Part shown: positions 26,452-39,522 of the stretch, piece by piece
Layout: each line of letters begins with the position of its first letter
How positions within the stretch are numbered: the stretch's first letter is position 1
Assembly: GCA_965287045.1 (NCBI GenBank)
Contig: OZ336896.1
Span: 38,316,001-38,380,000 of the forward strand
Source of the DNA: Carcharhinus amblyrhynchos
Taxonomy: Eukaryota
Direction of reading: 5' to 3'
Length of the DNA: 64,000 nucleotides
Made by a program: the position numbers and the translations under genes
The notes under the pieces: generated by a model
Databases searched by the model: none
What the model saw: the letters and a program-made list of their open reading frames with translations, nothing else
Told to the model about the DNA's origin: nothing

Positions 26452-26560
26452 AGCCAATAGGACGTGGTTGAGGTAATAAATGCAAATTATCATGAAAAGA
26501 GACGGCAAAATATGAAACAACTCATTTGGGCTGAAGTAAATCACAGAAAACTGTTTATGA
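26452..26560 (+). promoter_or_regulatory. HoxB8 proximal promoter/5' conserved block
   Basis: CCAAT box, octamer ATGCAAAT (26480-26487), GTAAATCA Pbx/Hox-type site and TTTATG, 150-260 bp before the ATG. Confidence 0.6.
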
Positions 26561-26715
26561 GTGAACCTCTTCACGAAGATGTGATACCAGGACCCTATTT
26601 GTTGAGATCAATAAGATGAAGGTTTAATTTTAAAAAAAGATATTGGCTTGTTTGTTTCTCTGATTAGCAAACACTAAGTTCCTTCCGTTGAGCAGAAAGA
26701 TCTTAGTCCTTCCCA

Positions 26716-27142
26716 ATGAGCTCCTACTTTGTGAATTCGCTGTTTTCCAAGTATAAAAGTGGGGAGACTCTGCGCCCCAATTATTATGACTGTGGGTTCA
26801 CCCAGGACCTGAGCGGCAGACCCACCGTGGTTTATGGACCCGGCACCGGGGGCAGCTTCCAACATCCCAGCCAGATCCCGGATTTTTACCACCACGGCGC
26901 TGCTACCCTCTCCACCTCCGCGTACCAACAAAATCCGTGTGCGGTGACGTGTCACGGGGATGCCGGCAGTTTCTACAGCTACGATGCCCTGCAAAGACAG
27001 CCAATTTTCGCCGCCCAGCAAGAGGCCGAACTGATCCAATATCCCGACTGCAAGTCGACGGCGAATAGCCTAGGAGAAGAAGCAGAGAATTCAGAACAGA
27101 GTTCATCTCCAACACAGCTGTTCCCGTGGATGAGACCGCAAG
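26716..27142 (+). CDS. hoxb8: HoxB8 exon 1 (~234 aa spliced)
   Basis: [42 protein letters not shown] is HoxB8-type; hexapeptide LFPWMR; donor AAG|GTGAGG at 27142/27143, phase 1. Confidence 0.96.
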
Positions 27143-27548
27143 GTGAGGTTTTGACACGGGCCAGCAAGAAATAAAGAGGCCGTCAGAAAGGAGAGGGATT
27201 AAAAAACACACACATACATTTAAAACGCAGAAAGGTTCATTTCCTGAGCCAATAAAGGAAACTTTGAAACTTTAGTGTTTTATGATTGTAAAGTTCAGTA
27301 CTTGTAAATTACTTTATACTTTAATGATCCTGGAGCGGTTTTTGAAGTGTAGTATATTGCATGCTGTTTGTAGTTTTATTGCAGTTTTATGGCGTATTTT
27401 TCCTACGGTGTTGAATACTGTTTAATAGTGTTTAAATCTTGTTTTAGAACCCTTCGCCTAAAAACTACAGAGCCTCATTGAGCTTTCTTTCTTGGAACCC
27501 CCCCCCCCCCCCCCCCACCTCTCTCTTTCTCCTCCCTCTCTTCCCTAG

Positions 27549-27826
27549 TAGCTGCAGGACGGCGCAGGGGAAGACAAACATACAGTCGCTATCAGACACT
27601 AGAACTTGAAAAAGAATTTTTGTTCAATCCATACCTGACTCGCAAACGGCGGATCGAAGTGTCACACGCTCTGGGACTGACCGAGAGGCAGGTCAAAATT
27701 TGGTTCCAGAACAGAAGAATGAAATGGAAGAAGGAAAATAACAAAGACAAGTTTCCCAGCAGCAAGTCCGAAATAGAAGAAACTCCAAAGGAAAAGGAAG
27801 TAAAAGAAGACGAAGAAAAAGATTAA
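27549..27826 (+). CDS. hoxb8: HoxB8 exon 2 (homeodomain)
   Basis: Polypyrimidine tract then TAG at 27546-27548 (tandem TAG at 27549-27551); (V)[72 protein letters not shown]. Confidence 0.95.
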
Positions 27827-28103
27827 TAATAAAAAACTAATTTAAAACATAAAACGTCAACCCGAGGGGGTATGAATAGAATCATGTAGACAGTTTTTAA
27901 CAGTGCGGGTGTGAGAAGCAGAACAAATTTTACCGATTACTGTTTGATACACAATATTGTATGCAAATGTATGGAGGTGTAGATTAAAACGAGTATCCCA
28001 ACTTTTTACCAGATGTATTCATGTGGCTGTGTAGCCCTGTAGTTGTTTCAAGTGGATTCTTGTAAAAGTATTTAAATGTGAAGTTCATAGATCAATGTCC
28101 TAA

Positions 28104-28140
28104 TGTGTATGTGTGTGTGTGTGTGCGTGTGTGTGTGTGT
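28104..28140. repeat. (GT)n microsatellite in HoxB8 3'UTR
   Basis: Near-perfect TG dinucleotide run. Confidence 0.9.
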
Positions 28141-28211
28141 TGAAATACTGCTGTAGAATATTTAAGCTGTATGCACTATTTCAGCTAATGACCATTAGCT
28201 TAAAGAAAACT

Positions 28212-28233
28212 CCCGACAACATGAAGCTGCCTA
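28212..28233 (+). promoter_or_regulatory. miR-196 near-perfect (slicing-type) target site in HoxB8 3'UTR
   Basis: CCCGACAACATGAAGCTGCCTA versus miR-196a reverse complement CCCAACAACATGAAACTACCTA: 19 Watson-Crick plus 3 G:U pairs. Confidence 0.92.
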
Positions 28234-29273
28234 TTTAAGCTTTAGCTGTTTTAGATTGTGTTATTGTTTACGTCTCTGTTGTATTTATAAGATTGCTTTC
28301 TCCAAATTAGCATGTGCAGAAGAAAAGGCTGTTTTAAAAACAATACAAGAAGAAACTGGTCCTTAAGTTTTAATTGTGAGACAAGTCTACTGTATACGTG
28401 AATTGCTTTATTTGGGGGAGGCGGGGTGGGGGGGGGGTGATGTTGGGGGGTTGGTGAGAGAGAAGAACCGGTGATCCATTAATGTTATACACGAGATTGG
28501 GCTATTGTTTGGACATGCAAGCGGCGGAAAAGGGTACAATAACCTTTACAAGCGAAAACAGAACTGTGAAATTGCGCGGCTTCTTTTTCCGAAATAGAAT
28601 TTATTTGTATGGAAAGATTTGGCAAAAAGGAACTGTGCATATTTTGTCGAGATAGATAAACGGATAGGTAATATTGTTGAAAACTGAGCATTAAATATCA
28701 ATAACACGTTGCTATCGCACCTGACTCTATTTGTCTTTGTGACTTTTTTATTAGTGACCTGTTTATGTTTGCAGTTCACTTGACTCTTCTGCACTCTTAA
28801 TTCCTTCCCTCCTCCCGCCCCACCGCCCCCCTAAAAATAAAGAACAAGTTGAAGTTCATCCTGGAGTAAGCTGTGACTACCACAGTAGACTGATATCTGT
28901 TTGCTTCGTGTAGAAATGACATTCGCAGTTTTCGAAAAATGGGTCCCAAGATCTCCCCTCCGGTCAGTGATCCATATCAAGGTAGATATCGATTATTGGA
29001 ACTCATAGAGCGCAATGTTAGAACACAAGCCAGCTAAAAGAAAGCTGTTTTGACAAATGTGTTTTCCACTGTAAGCTGAACACAAGCTAGAGAAAGCGAA
29101 TCGATTTATTTAAATTCCCATCCAAATGATCGATCAATCCAGCCTATAAACCCAATTTGCGTCCAATTCAGCCTGTATTTAAAGTTAGTCACGTTATGAC
29201 TTGGATGCAGGAATTTTTTCCTTTGATCAGATAATTTTTTTATCATCCAAAGAAGCCGCGGGTAGCCTGATTC

Positions 29274-29428
29274 TCATTGGCCCCCAGTGTCACGTGCCGA
29301 TGTCACGTGGATCGGGAGGAAAAAGGGGGTTCTTTTGGTGTAAATCTGGACTCTAATTCCGTAATATATCACCGTACCTCGTAAAACCGACACTGAAACG
29401 TCCCGGCCTACAAATCACCAGCCAAATT
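29274..29428 (+). promoter_or_regulatory. HoxB7 promoter/5'UTR conserved block
   Basis: Inverted CCAAT (CATTGG), tandem TGTCACGTG E-boxes (29288-29296, 29301-29309), GTAAATCT and CTCGTAAAA Hox sites. Confidence 0.65.
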
Positions 29429-29828
29429 ATGAGTTCATTGTATTATGCGAATGCTTTATTTTCGAAATATACAGCCGGAACTTCTGTTTTTCCAACGGGG
29501 GTATTTTCGGAACCAACTTCTTGCGCCTTTGCCTCAAACTCCCAGCGGTCGGGCTATGGTTCAGGGTCGGCGTCTTACGCAGCCACTGTGCCGGGTTTGT
29601 ACAGCACAGCCAACAGCCTTCACCACCAGACCCCGACCATGTACACGTCTCCTTACGGCCTCAACGCGAACTCCTTTAACATGCACTGTTCTTCATTCGA
29701 TCACAACATCTCATCACTGATGTGCGGCGCTGGGGACTCGTGCAAGCAGAGTTGCAGCAAGTCGGAGCAAAGAGAGACAGACCCCCAGTCCGAGAACTTC
29801 CGGATCTACCCTTGGATGAAGAGCTCAG
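29429..29828 (+). CDS. hoxb7: HoxB7 exon 1 (~211 aa spliced)
   Basis: [14 protein letters not shown] is the HoxB7 N-terminus; NFRIYPWM hexapeptide; donor CAG|GTATGT at 29828/29829, phase 1. Confidence 0.96.
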
Positions 29829-30542
29829 GTATGTGAAAAGTCACATAAAATGAATTCTCTTGGAGGGACCGTCAATTACTTTATTGCATTATGGTGTCAT
29901 GTTCATTTATGACGTTCACGAAACAGGGGTATAAAATGCAATGCACTCCCCCCCCCTCCCCCGTAAGCAATAAAGTCGCTGACTTGGAAGTATATTATTA
30001 GCTCCATGTGACATAGTATCAAATCTATCTTAACATAAAGTAACAAATAGAGATCTGCAAAGTTCTACATTGTAGGACAACTCAATTTGCAATCAATTTC
30101 AGAGAAACCTTCATTCTTGCTCTTACACATTTTGTCAATATGTGCTCTTAATTCCAACAAAAACCGTATTGTACCCGGGATATCCCATGAGACTTAACTC
30201 GCCTCTTTCCCCCTTTCCTGCCTATTTCCATTAATTGCTTTTCGGTTCAAAGTTTCTCTCCGTCTTTCTAAGTTGCAACGTGCTTTGGGTGTTGTGGATG
30301 AGGCAGGCAAGGGAGGGGTGATGGTAGGAGGTGGGGAGGGCTTGATACTGGTGATTGAAACAGAATACATCAGGGATGGCAAGAAGATGACAAATGGAGG
30401 CTACAAAAAGTGCGCAAAAACTAGCATTAAATATTTATAACGATATTTCAGTTCAATGGGAATTACTTAAATGCGCAGCCTACCGTTGTTTTGGCCCAGG
30501 CAAAGCAATGCGGCAGTTTGTACTTGTGTAACATGTAAGGTA

Positions 30543-30612
30543 GGGAGGGAGGTGGGAGGCGGGGATGGGGGGAGGAGGTAGGAGTGGGTAGCGTGGGGGG
30601 CGGGGTGGGGGG
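30543..30612 (+). repeat. G-rich tract (potential G-quadruplex) in HoxB7 intron
   Basis: About nine runs of three or more G within 70 nt. Confidence 0.6.
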
Positions 30613-31169
30613 TTAGCACTTAGACAATTCTCCCATTTTAACAGCTCTTTTCAACCGGGCAAGTGAGGGGCTTCTTTCAGCTTTTATCCCACATTTGCGT
30701 TATTTTCTCCCGAATGTTGGCGAAGTGCAAAGTTGGAGGCGATTTCCTGAATTTGGAGACTGCAGACACACTGTATACCACCGAGCTGTGCTTTCAAATA
30801 AATCGCAGTATCCATTTTCTAACTACCTGTCAGTTTCATGTTACATAACATTAATTCACCAAATGCAGACTGCGGCTAGGATGTAGGACAACGGTCATCT
30901 ATCAATAGGTTCTGGTCGTGAAACTACTACAAACATCCTTGTTTCAAAATAATAGTTAAACAGAAAATTAAAGTCAATATGTTTTTTGAGTTTCATTACA
31001 TGACAGTTGTTTCAGGCATGTAAGTGCTGTGTAAACAATTTAAATACTCCCCATACAGTGCTCCTTCGTTTTTCTTTATAAAGCATTAATACAACTTTAT
31101 ATTGATTGCCATCCGACAGTAATTTATTGGATCTGTCAAATGGATATTCTAGATATTATGTTAAAATAG

Positions 31170-31523
<354 letters not shown>

Positions 31524-31624
31524 AGGAAAAAAACAACTTCTAAAAACTCAAAAGGATAAACTTAAAAGACTTTTTTAAGCAAATGGAACGAGTTGTTCCC
31601 CATTTCTTAACACTGAAACAGAAT

Positions 31625-31632
31625 ACTACCTA
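31625..31632 (+). promoter_or_regulatory. miR-196 8mer seed site in HoxB7 3'UTR
   Basis: ACTACCTA ~100 nt after the stop and upstream of AATAAA at 32076. Confidence 0.7.
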
Positions 31633-32075
31633 AATCTGTAACAGTTTTACTTGTAGTTTGTTTTGTACAGATTAGAGGGAATAACCCAAATCTATATTGT
31701 ACAAGTACAGTTATATATAGTCTGTGCGTTAGCCTTTTTGATGTGGTGAATTGTGCTACTGTAATTAGCTTGCTATATTGGTGTATTTAAAGGAAAACAA
31801 TGTCAGTGACTTTATATTTGTTACTGTATTGATGTCATTTCTTGTCATTAAGAATAGTTTCCAAAAGGAGCCGTGTGTAGTTCCAACCCGTGTACAGATT
31901 ATTGATATGTGTCCCGTATAAACTCATGTTATAGTTAAATATGTAAAATGGTGTTCTGGTGGAAGTATTGAGTGCAACTTCTCTGTACATTTTTTGATAT
32001 TTAAATATGGACCATTTATGTTTGCTGAGTTGAGGTTTCGCTCTTTAGATATGAAGGATGTAAACTGTTTTGTGA

Positions 32076-32081
32076 AATAAA
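32076..32081 (+). terminator. Candidate HoxB7 polyadenylation signal
   Basis: AATAAA followed by a U/GU-rich stretch. Confidence 0.6.
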
Positions 32082-33336
32082 ATTAGGATTTTTTTCGTTA
32101 TTGTGTTCCTCTATTAAGATTGATATTTCCTACGACACACACCCAGACACACCGATAGTAAGAATCACAATCTAGCCATCAACGAAAATATATAATGCCG
32201 AGACTTATGCGTACACACCAATTCCTCCACCAGAATAATCCAATTCAAATAATATTTCTCTCGGACTTATTGCGGGTTTTGTGCTCCGGTGCATAGCACT
32301 CGAGTCTTCAAAACCAGCTCTCCTGATTAAACAATTCCACGCAACAAAAGGCATTGGAACCAGCTCGAACACTTCCGTAAGAGTTGTAAACCCATCTAAA
32401 TAAAGCTCCAACACTCTATGAAGAGAATGTAGCCAAGTTAGGTGTCCGATAAGAAGGACGAACATTTTAGCAATTCAACAATTGCGGAATTACTATTAAA
32501 TGGTGGGTTAAATGCGTGCATTGTACGCTGCGCTTTATATATTACACATGTATCCCTCGTCAATGAAATATTTTTGTGAGAAAGCGGAGGAAATGTTCTT
32601 CTATCATACGTTGGAAATATGTGAAATTGTTGCTACCATTTTGACACATGCACGGTTGTAATTTGTATATATTAACGAGTTCTGGTATTAAAGTACTTAA
32701 AAGTAACCCGAATTTATTGTAGACGCATTGCGCCATGTAGATAGTGGAAATAAGGCTAGTCAATTAAACAGGTTCCCCGAAATTCCAGGTCGGCTTTTCC
32801 TCGCTCTTGTCCTTTTCAATTCAGGGTGTATAGGAAGAGGGAATTCTTCTTATATGACCAGGAAAATCGGTATGTTATGGGATTAACGATACAGTGTTGT
32901 CCCTCCAAAATCAAAAATCAGAATAATAAGCATTAAAATTAATGTGGGGAGAAGAATTGGATAAAATGTGAAAATCGGCTTTTAAAACAAATCCAGCTAA
33001 ATTTCGTTAAACGGAGCATTTGATTCACCTACGCCAAATTAAATTAGTAATGTAACATCATAGGTTTCTGTCGCCTTCACGTGAATCGCACGAATGACAA
33101 AGGCACGAGAAAGGAAAAGTCAAAGAACTGCCTGATTTTCGCAAAAGAGATTTTTAAAGTTTATTTGGCGACCTTTCTTTCTCTTAAAAAGGAAAACGGA
33201 TTATGGGAAGAGGAGACGATGGGGGGGTTTATTTAACGTGGTACGGAATAAAACATACATAACCCAGGCAAACAGTGCCATTTTGTAAGAAAATATTTAA
33301 CAAAATATTCTTTTTTAACATTTTGCTTTAGCACAA

Positions 33337-33520
33337 AACATGGCGGCGAGGGGGCCTGTTGTTGGTAGTCATGAAGAAATGCAATAAATTCCTTGTTGTT
33401 TTATGAAAATTTACAACTTTGTGATAGAACTTTATGAGTGGATCGGTCCTTCGATTGGCCGCTGCCGGTCATGTGGATAGCAACCGTGAACATGAACTTT
33501 TTATGATTTCCCATGTGAGT
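33337..33520 (+). promoter_or_regulatory. Deeply conserved Hox7-Hox6 intergenic element (four-cluster-sequence type), probable distal promoter
   Basis: YY1 motif AACATGGCGGC, core GCAATAAATTCCTTGTTGTTTTATGAAAATTTACAACTTTGTGATAGAACTTTATGAG, GATTGG, GGTCATGTG, donor-like GTGAGT at 33515. Confidence 0.7.
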
Positions 33521-33629
33521 ATATTGCAGTATTCTTTTGGCCACCGTACCTTGGGTCGGTCCTGTGTCCTCCTCAGGGCTTCTATCGGGTTTTTTTTTCA
33601 AACTTTGATAGTTACTATTGGAGGTACAA

Positions 33630-33686
33630 ACACACACACAGGCAGAGACAGACACACACACACACACACACACACAGACGCACACA
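33630..33686. repeat. (CA)n microsatellite
   Basis: Interrupted CA run. Confidence 0.9.
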
Positions 33687-36600
33687 AAGTAAACAAGACT
33701 TTTTTTGTAATCTACCACTTGTCTGTCGATTGGGAATTTCAGCAATGGATGGAGTGGCGCAAATCTCAGTGATGTGGATGATATCATTTTTCAAAGAGGC
33801 TCGAATTCCGATTTCCGTGCAAATGACTGATGCATGAACCCGGCTTAGTCTGCGGCCGCAGGTTAACCGACGGCTATCAGTTTGGGACAATATTGTTCGT
33901 GGAAAAAAAAATCGCGCTGGTTCCGAAGTGAGAGAAGGATGATCGAAACAAAATCACTGATGCTGTTGCAAAGGTAAGACGGATATTAGGACATATTTTC
34001 CAATTGATTTTTAACAATTATATTCAATGGTTTTACGCAGAATTTCAGCGAAAAATCTCGTAGAAAAGGGGACTTGTTGACGTCACTTAGAAAAATATAT
34101 TTGTTGCATTTTATTCTAATGAATCTGTGTTTAGAGACAGCAATTTGGATGGGCTGTGAAAAGTTATTTTTCCAAATTAGCTAAGAGACCGCAAATTTTG
34201 GAATTGCTATTTTTCCATTTGCGATTCTATTTCACAGGTCTGTTATTTAATTAAGGAACCAGTTATCCAGAATAGCTATGGCGTATTGATAAACATATAA
34301 TCGTGTTCGGGGACGGATTTTGCGACATAGTAGGCTTAAATGAGCTTCGCGATTGTTAATCTTTTCTCGAGGGTCGCTCATTATGCGAACAATTTTATCC
34401 AGAACAGCAATTAGAACGGGCAGTGTCACCGAGGCTGACGCACTGACGTATTGTAATTGTGCTGTAATAGAAATATTTCCTCCTATTGTGTTTCCCGTTT
34501 GTTAATAATTTGTTCTGAGCCGAGCTCTTAGTGCTGGAATACAAATTCAAACGTTTACGATATGCGACAGATTTTTTTTCTGTTGGACAGCATTAGGGTT
34601 TCAGCTTACACTGTTAGTGGATAACAGTCCGGTGATATAATATAAGATGGCGTTTAGTTGACCGTGGTTTAGAATGTTTAGCAACCAAGAGGCCCAGTAG
34701 TTCTGCATTGATGTAATATAAATCTATCAGCGTTTTAGCTGGTGGGTGCTGGGGAGGAGGCGGGATTTGTTGCTCCCTGCTGCCACCTTGCGTTCCATTC
34801 GGTCGAGGAGGTCGGGAAATATGGAGCAAAAGAGACTTGCTGCATTTTATCTGCAGAATTTGCTGCACAGAGTATATTTATATAAGATGTGTGTGTATGA
34901 GTGCATGCGGATCTAACTAAACTAAGTTTGCAGTGATTTTCATTTTTGGTCTGTAGCAAGTTACATATTTGTTTTCCCTTCATTGCTGTCTTTCTCTCTC
35001 AAAGCAACACTTGCACTAAATAGAATCGAACCATGAACGTTTGTGATTTGATTTTATTGGCGATTCTGTTCAATGAAAGAAATGTTTATGTAAAAGAAAA
35101 AGTACAGTTAATCATAATCTTGATGTGTCCGAACGTAAATGTATTGTGATGGTCAGTATCTGTCTCCCAAACACCCTACTTTAATAGCAGCCAATTCGCA
35201 TCAGGCAGAAATGCTTCAGACGAAAGGTATTGATGAAATCGAATTTTGTGTCAAAGTTAATCTGCAGCTGAGATTTGTAAAATTCCTTCTCGTTCAGATC
35301 TCATAGGAGTAAATTTCTGCCTACATCCGATTAACAGCAAATTGCAGAGCAAGGCCCGAATTTGCTATGCATCCCTGGGCAGATAGCAATGCTGCAACTC
35401 AATTCTGTTATGCGCAAGGCCCCTCATTTGTAGCGTAACAGACTGGTTGTAAACGAATTTCTGCCTTTAATGCCCCGACCTATAAGCAATAAACTAGATC
35501 CATAGAACTTCCACCGCCCCGTTTAGTTTTACCTTACCACAATTTCAAAGCGGTTTTTCTATTCTTTGCCTGACAAAGGTATGTTGAAATTGACACGCAA
35601 AGTAAACGGCGACTTCGATGGCCAGTAAAAGGAAACATAGTCGGGGTAGCAGAAACATATAACTGAGATTTAAACCGAAAATGTTTGGTGAAATTACCAA
35701 ATATAATGTTTGTTCTTTTATACAATATAGCTTGTTTCGTAATTAAAGATCAGGTGAAAACATTTGTATATTTTAATTACAACTACATAATTTCTTGGAA
35801 ATTCAGCATTGGAATGATTGAGCTCCGAGTAAGTCAAAATGTTAAAATATTTGTCCCATCTAGTTTCAGAATTCTTACTCTCTATCCTGATTTTACTTTG
35901 CTAAACATAATTATACACCATAAAATACACGTACATTGATTGGAACTCATCTTGTTATGTGCAAGGCTTAGAACGATATGAAAAACATGCAGTATCAATC
36001 ATTTTCAAAATAAAACATTTGAAACAATATCAGCTGAAAGTTACAATATAAAAACATGCTTGGGGATCTATATGTTAAAAGAAAGAAAGTTTAGCAAAAG
36101 AAGTTAAACATCAGATTGCAACTGATTGGAAGTGAATGTTAATGATATTTGAAAGCTTGAAAGGCATATCCAAACTCATTGTTCATAGTTTTTCTGGAAA
36201 TTAGAACAATTATTTTAAAAAATTAAAAACTTAACTCCAGATTAAAGTTGGAGACTCTTGGTTTCAATCCAGAAACTGCCGCTTCCACAAGCAATTCCAA
36301 ACTAGGGCTCTCTCGGGTGGAAAAATGTATCACTTTGCCTTGTATAATAGATTCTCAGCATGCTCAAAGCACTGTTTCTAGAACAAGAAAACAACCCATT
36401 TCTGAAAATGAACCAGTACCAAGAGAGAGGTCTTTCTTTCATTTCTGCCATGTGCTCACTAATCAGTTTATGATTCTTTGAAACAGATGTTTGAAACCAG
36501 GAAGTGATGCTTTCCAGGGGAACTGCTAAAAATAAATCCTTAAAGTCCAACACAAACTCTCTGACACTTGTGGCATTTAATAGTCATAAATGATAAAATA

Positions 36601-38233
36601 ATTATATCTATTGAAAACATATTTATGCATTTTTATATAAAATGAAAGTGGCCAAAGCTGTTTTTTTTAGAGAAATCACTAATCTTACAAACGGACGCAA
36701 CATGCCTACGTATTTTTTAAAGATAAGAACCTTATGGTGAATTTGACAAGTAAATCTAAAGCAGGAAACCTAATGGAGCTGACATTTGAACAAATACACA
36801 TTACGAAATTCAAATATTGCAATGCAAAATATTTTATTTCTAGAAGGCATAGTTTAAGAGTACAACATTAGAAGAACAATTTTCAATGGTTTCTGAAGTA
36901 CTGTGTACCCATCTGAATATGTCGAGACTTCCACCCTGTGCGTAGTCCTAGATATCGCCCAGCTATCTCTTAACACAATAAGTACTTAAGTACTTAACAC
37001 AATAGACTTTAAGCAATATTCGCACTTATATGTTTAAATACATGGAACGAGACTATCAACTGTGTATTCACTGATATAAACAGTTACATAACTTCACACT
37101 TCAATCAGCAAATGTCCTTCTTGCTGCGTTTGGACGCAACCATCGTTTCATTTTACAAAGGCGGCAATTATCTAACAAGATGGAAATTTATTGAATTTTT
37201 AGCTATTATCTGCATTGTTCGGTGTTTGTCTTTTATCGCATGGTTTAAAAAAACATGCTTTTCATAATTTTATTTTGGAAATTTTAAAATATAAAATTGG
37301 AGATTCTTCGCAGGGAGTGTTTTGCGTCCTATTCCGCTGGGGATTCCCTTTCGGGTGTTTGGTTTAGTTGTCTTTTCTTTTTGTAAAGTTTCTTCCGTTC
37401 GCTTTGTGGTTTCAATTAAAGATTAAAAGTTGCTGTTTTGATCCCCTTTTCTTGTGCCTCAAAGTTAAACCGCACCGCTGAACCACATTCTTACACAGAG
37501 AAAACTGCAACACAAGCACAACAAACCACTATCAGGATCTCTGGAGTGTATAACATACAAACCACCAAGATATTCTATACATCCAACACAATATGAGAAC
37601 GAAACTATTATGGTAAATAACATTCAAAGCTGGAAATATTAATGGAAACATCTTAGGTGTAAAACATACTGAAAGAATCTTGAATTTCACAATCATAATG
37701 CAAGCGAGATCAGTGAGGCACACAAAACCGACCTCCGATTAAAAAGGGAGAAAGCAATAAAATTGGGTTAATAAGTGTTTAGTGAATTATTATCGGAATA
37801 CACGGATACTGGATGGCTTTATATTTTGCTTGTCTCTTTAGTTTGAGTGAGTAAATTATTTCGCTGTCTGCACAGGCGTCGAAACAGATGCACAACTTTC
37901 AGCATTCTTAAACATCTGATTCATTTTAGCAGAGTGAATCTTAAGGTTATGTATTCCTGTTGATTTTCCTTTCTCTCTCTCTCTATGTTTGGGACTTTTT
38001 CCCATCACATGTGCCGGTTTCTGCTAGCGTCTCTGATTCATGGATAAGTCCCTCATGGGTGCTATTTTCCTATCAAACAGTATTGCCATTGGTCAGTCGA
38101 TGATCAGATGGTTATATTTCCTGCTGTCCTTTCTGGCATTTGGCCATCCCGAATCAAACCCATCTCGCTAACTGCTAATAGCACAGGCACTTGGACTAAT
38201 ACACAACAAATCATAACAGAGCACAGCCAACAA

Positions 38234-38666
38234 ATGAGTTCGTATTTTGTGAACTCCACTTTCCCGGCGACTCTTGCCAGTGGACAAGAGTCCTTCCTTG
38301 GGCAGATTCCGCTATATTCCTCCGGTTACGACCCTTTAAGACACTACCCGGCCACATATGGGGCTACAAGCATGCAGGATAAAAGCTACCCGTCACCCTC
38401 TTACTACCAACAAGCCAACGGAGCATATGGGTGCAATCGGACACCCTGCGATTACGGTGCCCCTAGTTTTTATCGGGAAAAAGACCCTTCATGCGGCGCC
38501 TCTTCTACCAATTCTAAATACCACTCACTGGAAGATCCAACGCATTTTAACCCTGAACAACGTAAATACGAGAGTGCACAAAACAGAATTTTATATGGCG
38601 AGTTGGATGATCAGAAGAGTTCGCTTCCCGTGTACCCCTGGATGCAAAGAATGAATTCCAGTGGTG
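38234..38666 (+). CDS. hoxb6: HoxB6 exon 1 (~230 aa spliced)
   Basis: [39 protein letters not shown] is HoxB6-type; VYPWMQRMNS; donor GTG|GTAAGT at 38666/38667, phase 1. Confidence 0.95.
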
Positions 38667-39045
38667 GTAAGTTTACACCTTTATACTTTGCGTTTTACAT
38701 ATTTGTTGAAAAAAAACTTTTCAATACAAGTTTACATTGAACTTAGCAAGAAATAGATGAGCAGTTAATTTCTTAAACCCCTCTCAGAAAAGAAAATTAA
38801 ACGTTCGATTGTTTCTTTAATACATTTCATATTTTGAAATACTGAATAATTCATTAAAACCCGACGTTTGGTACAGGAGATTAATATGCATGTGTACATA
38901 AAACGCAAAGCTGATCTTTAAATACGAGGCATCATCTGTTACTTTACTTCCCCTTAATATTTTACTATACAGCCAACAACCCACCAGTTTTAAAGTCTTA
39001 ATTGAACAGAATGTAACCATACTATGAATGGAAATCATTATTTAG

Positions 39046-39522
<477 letters not shown>

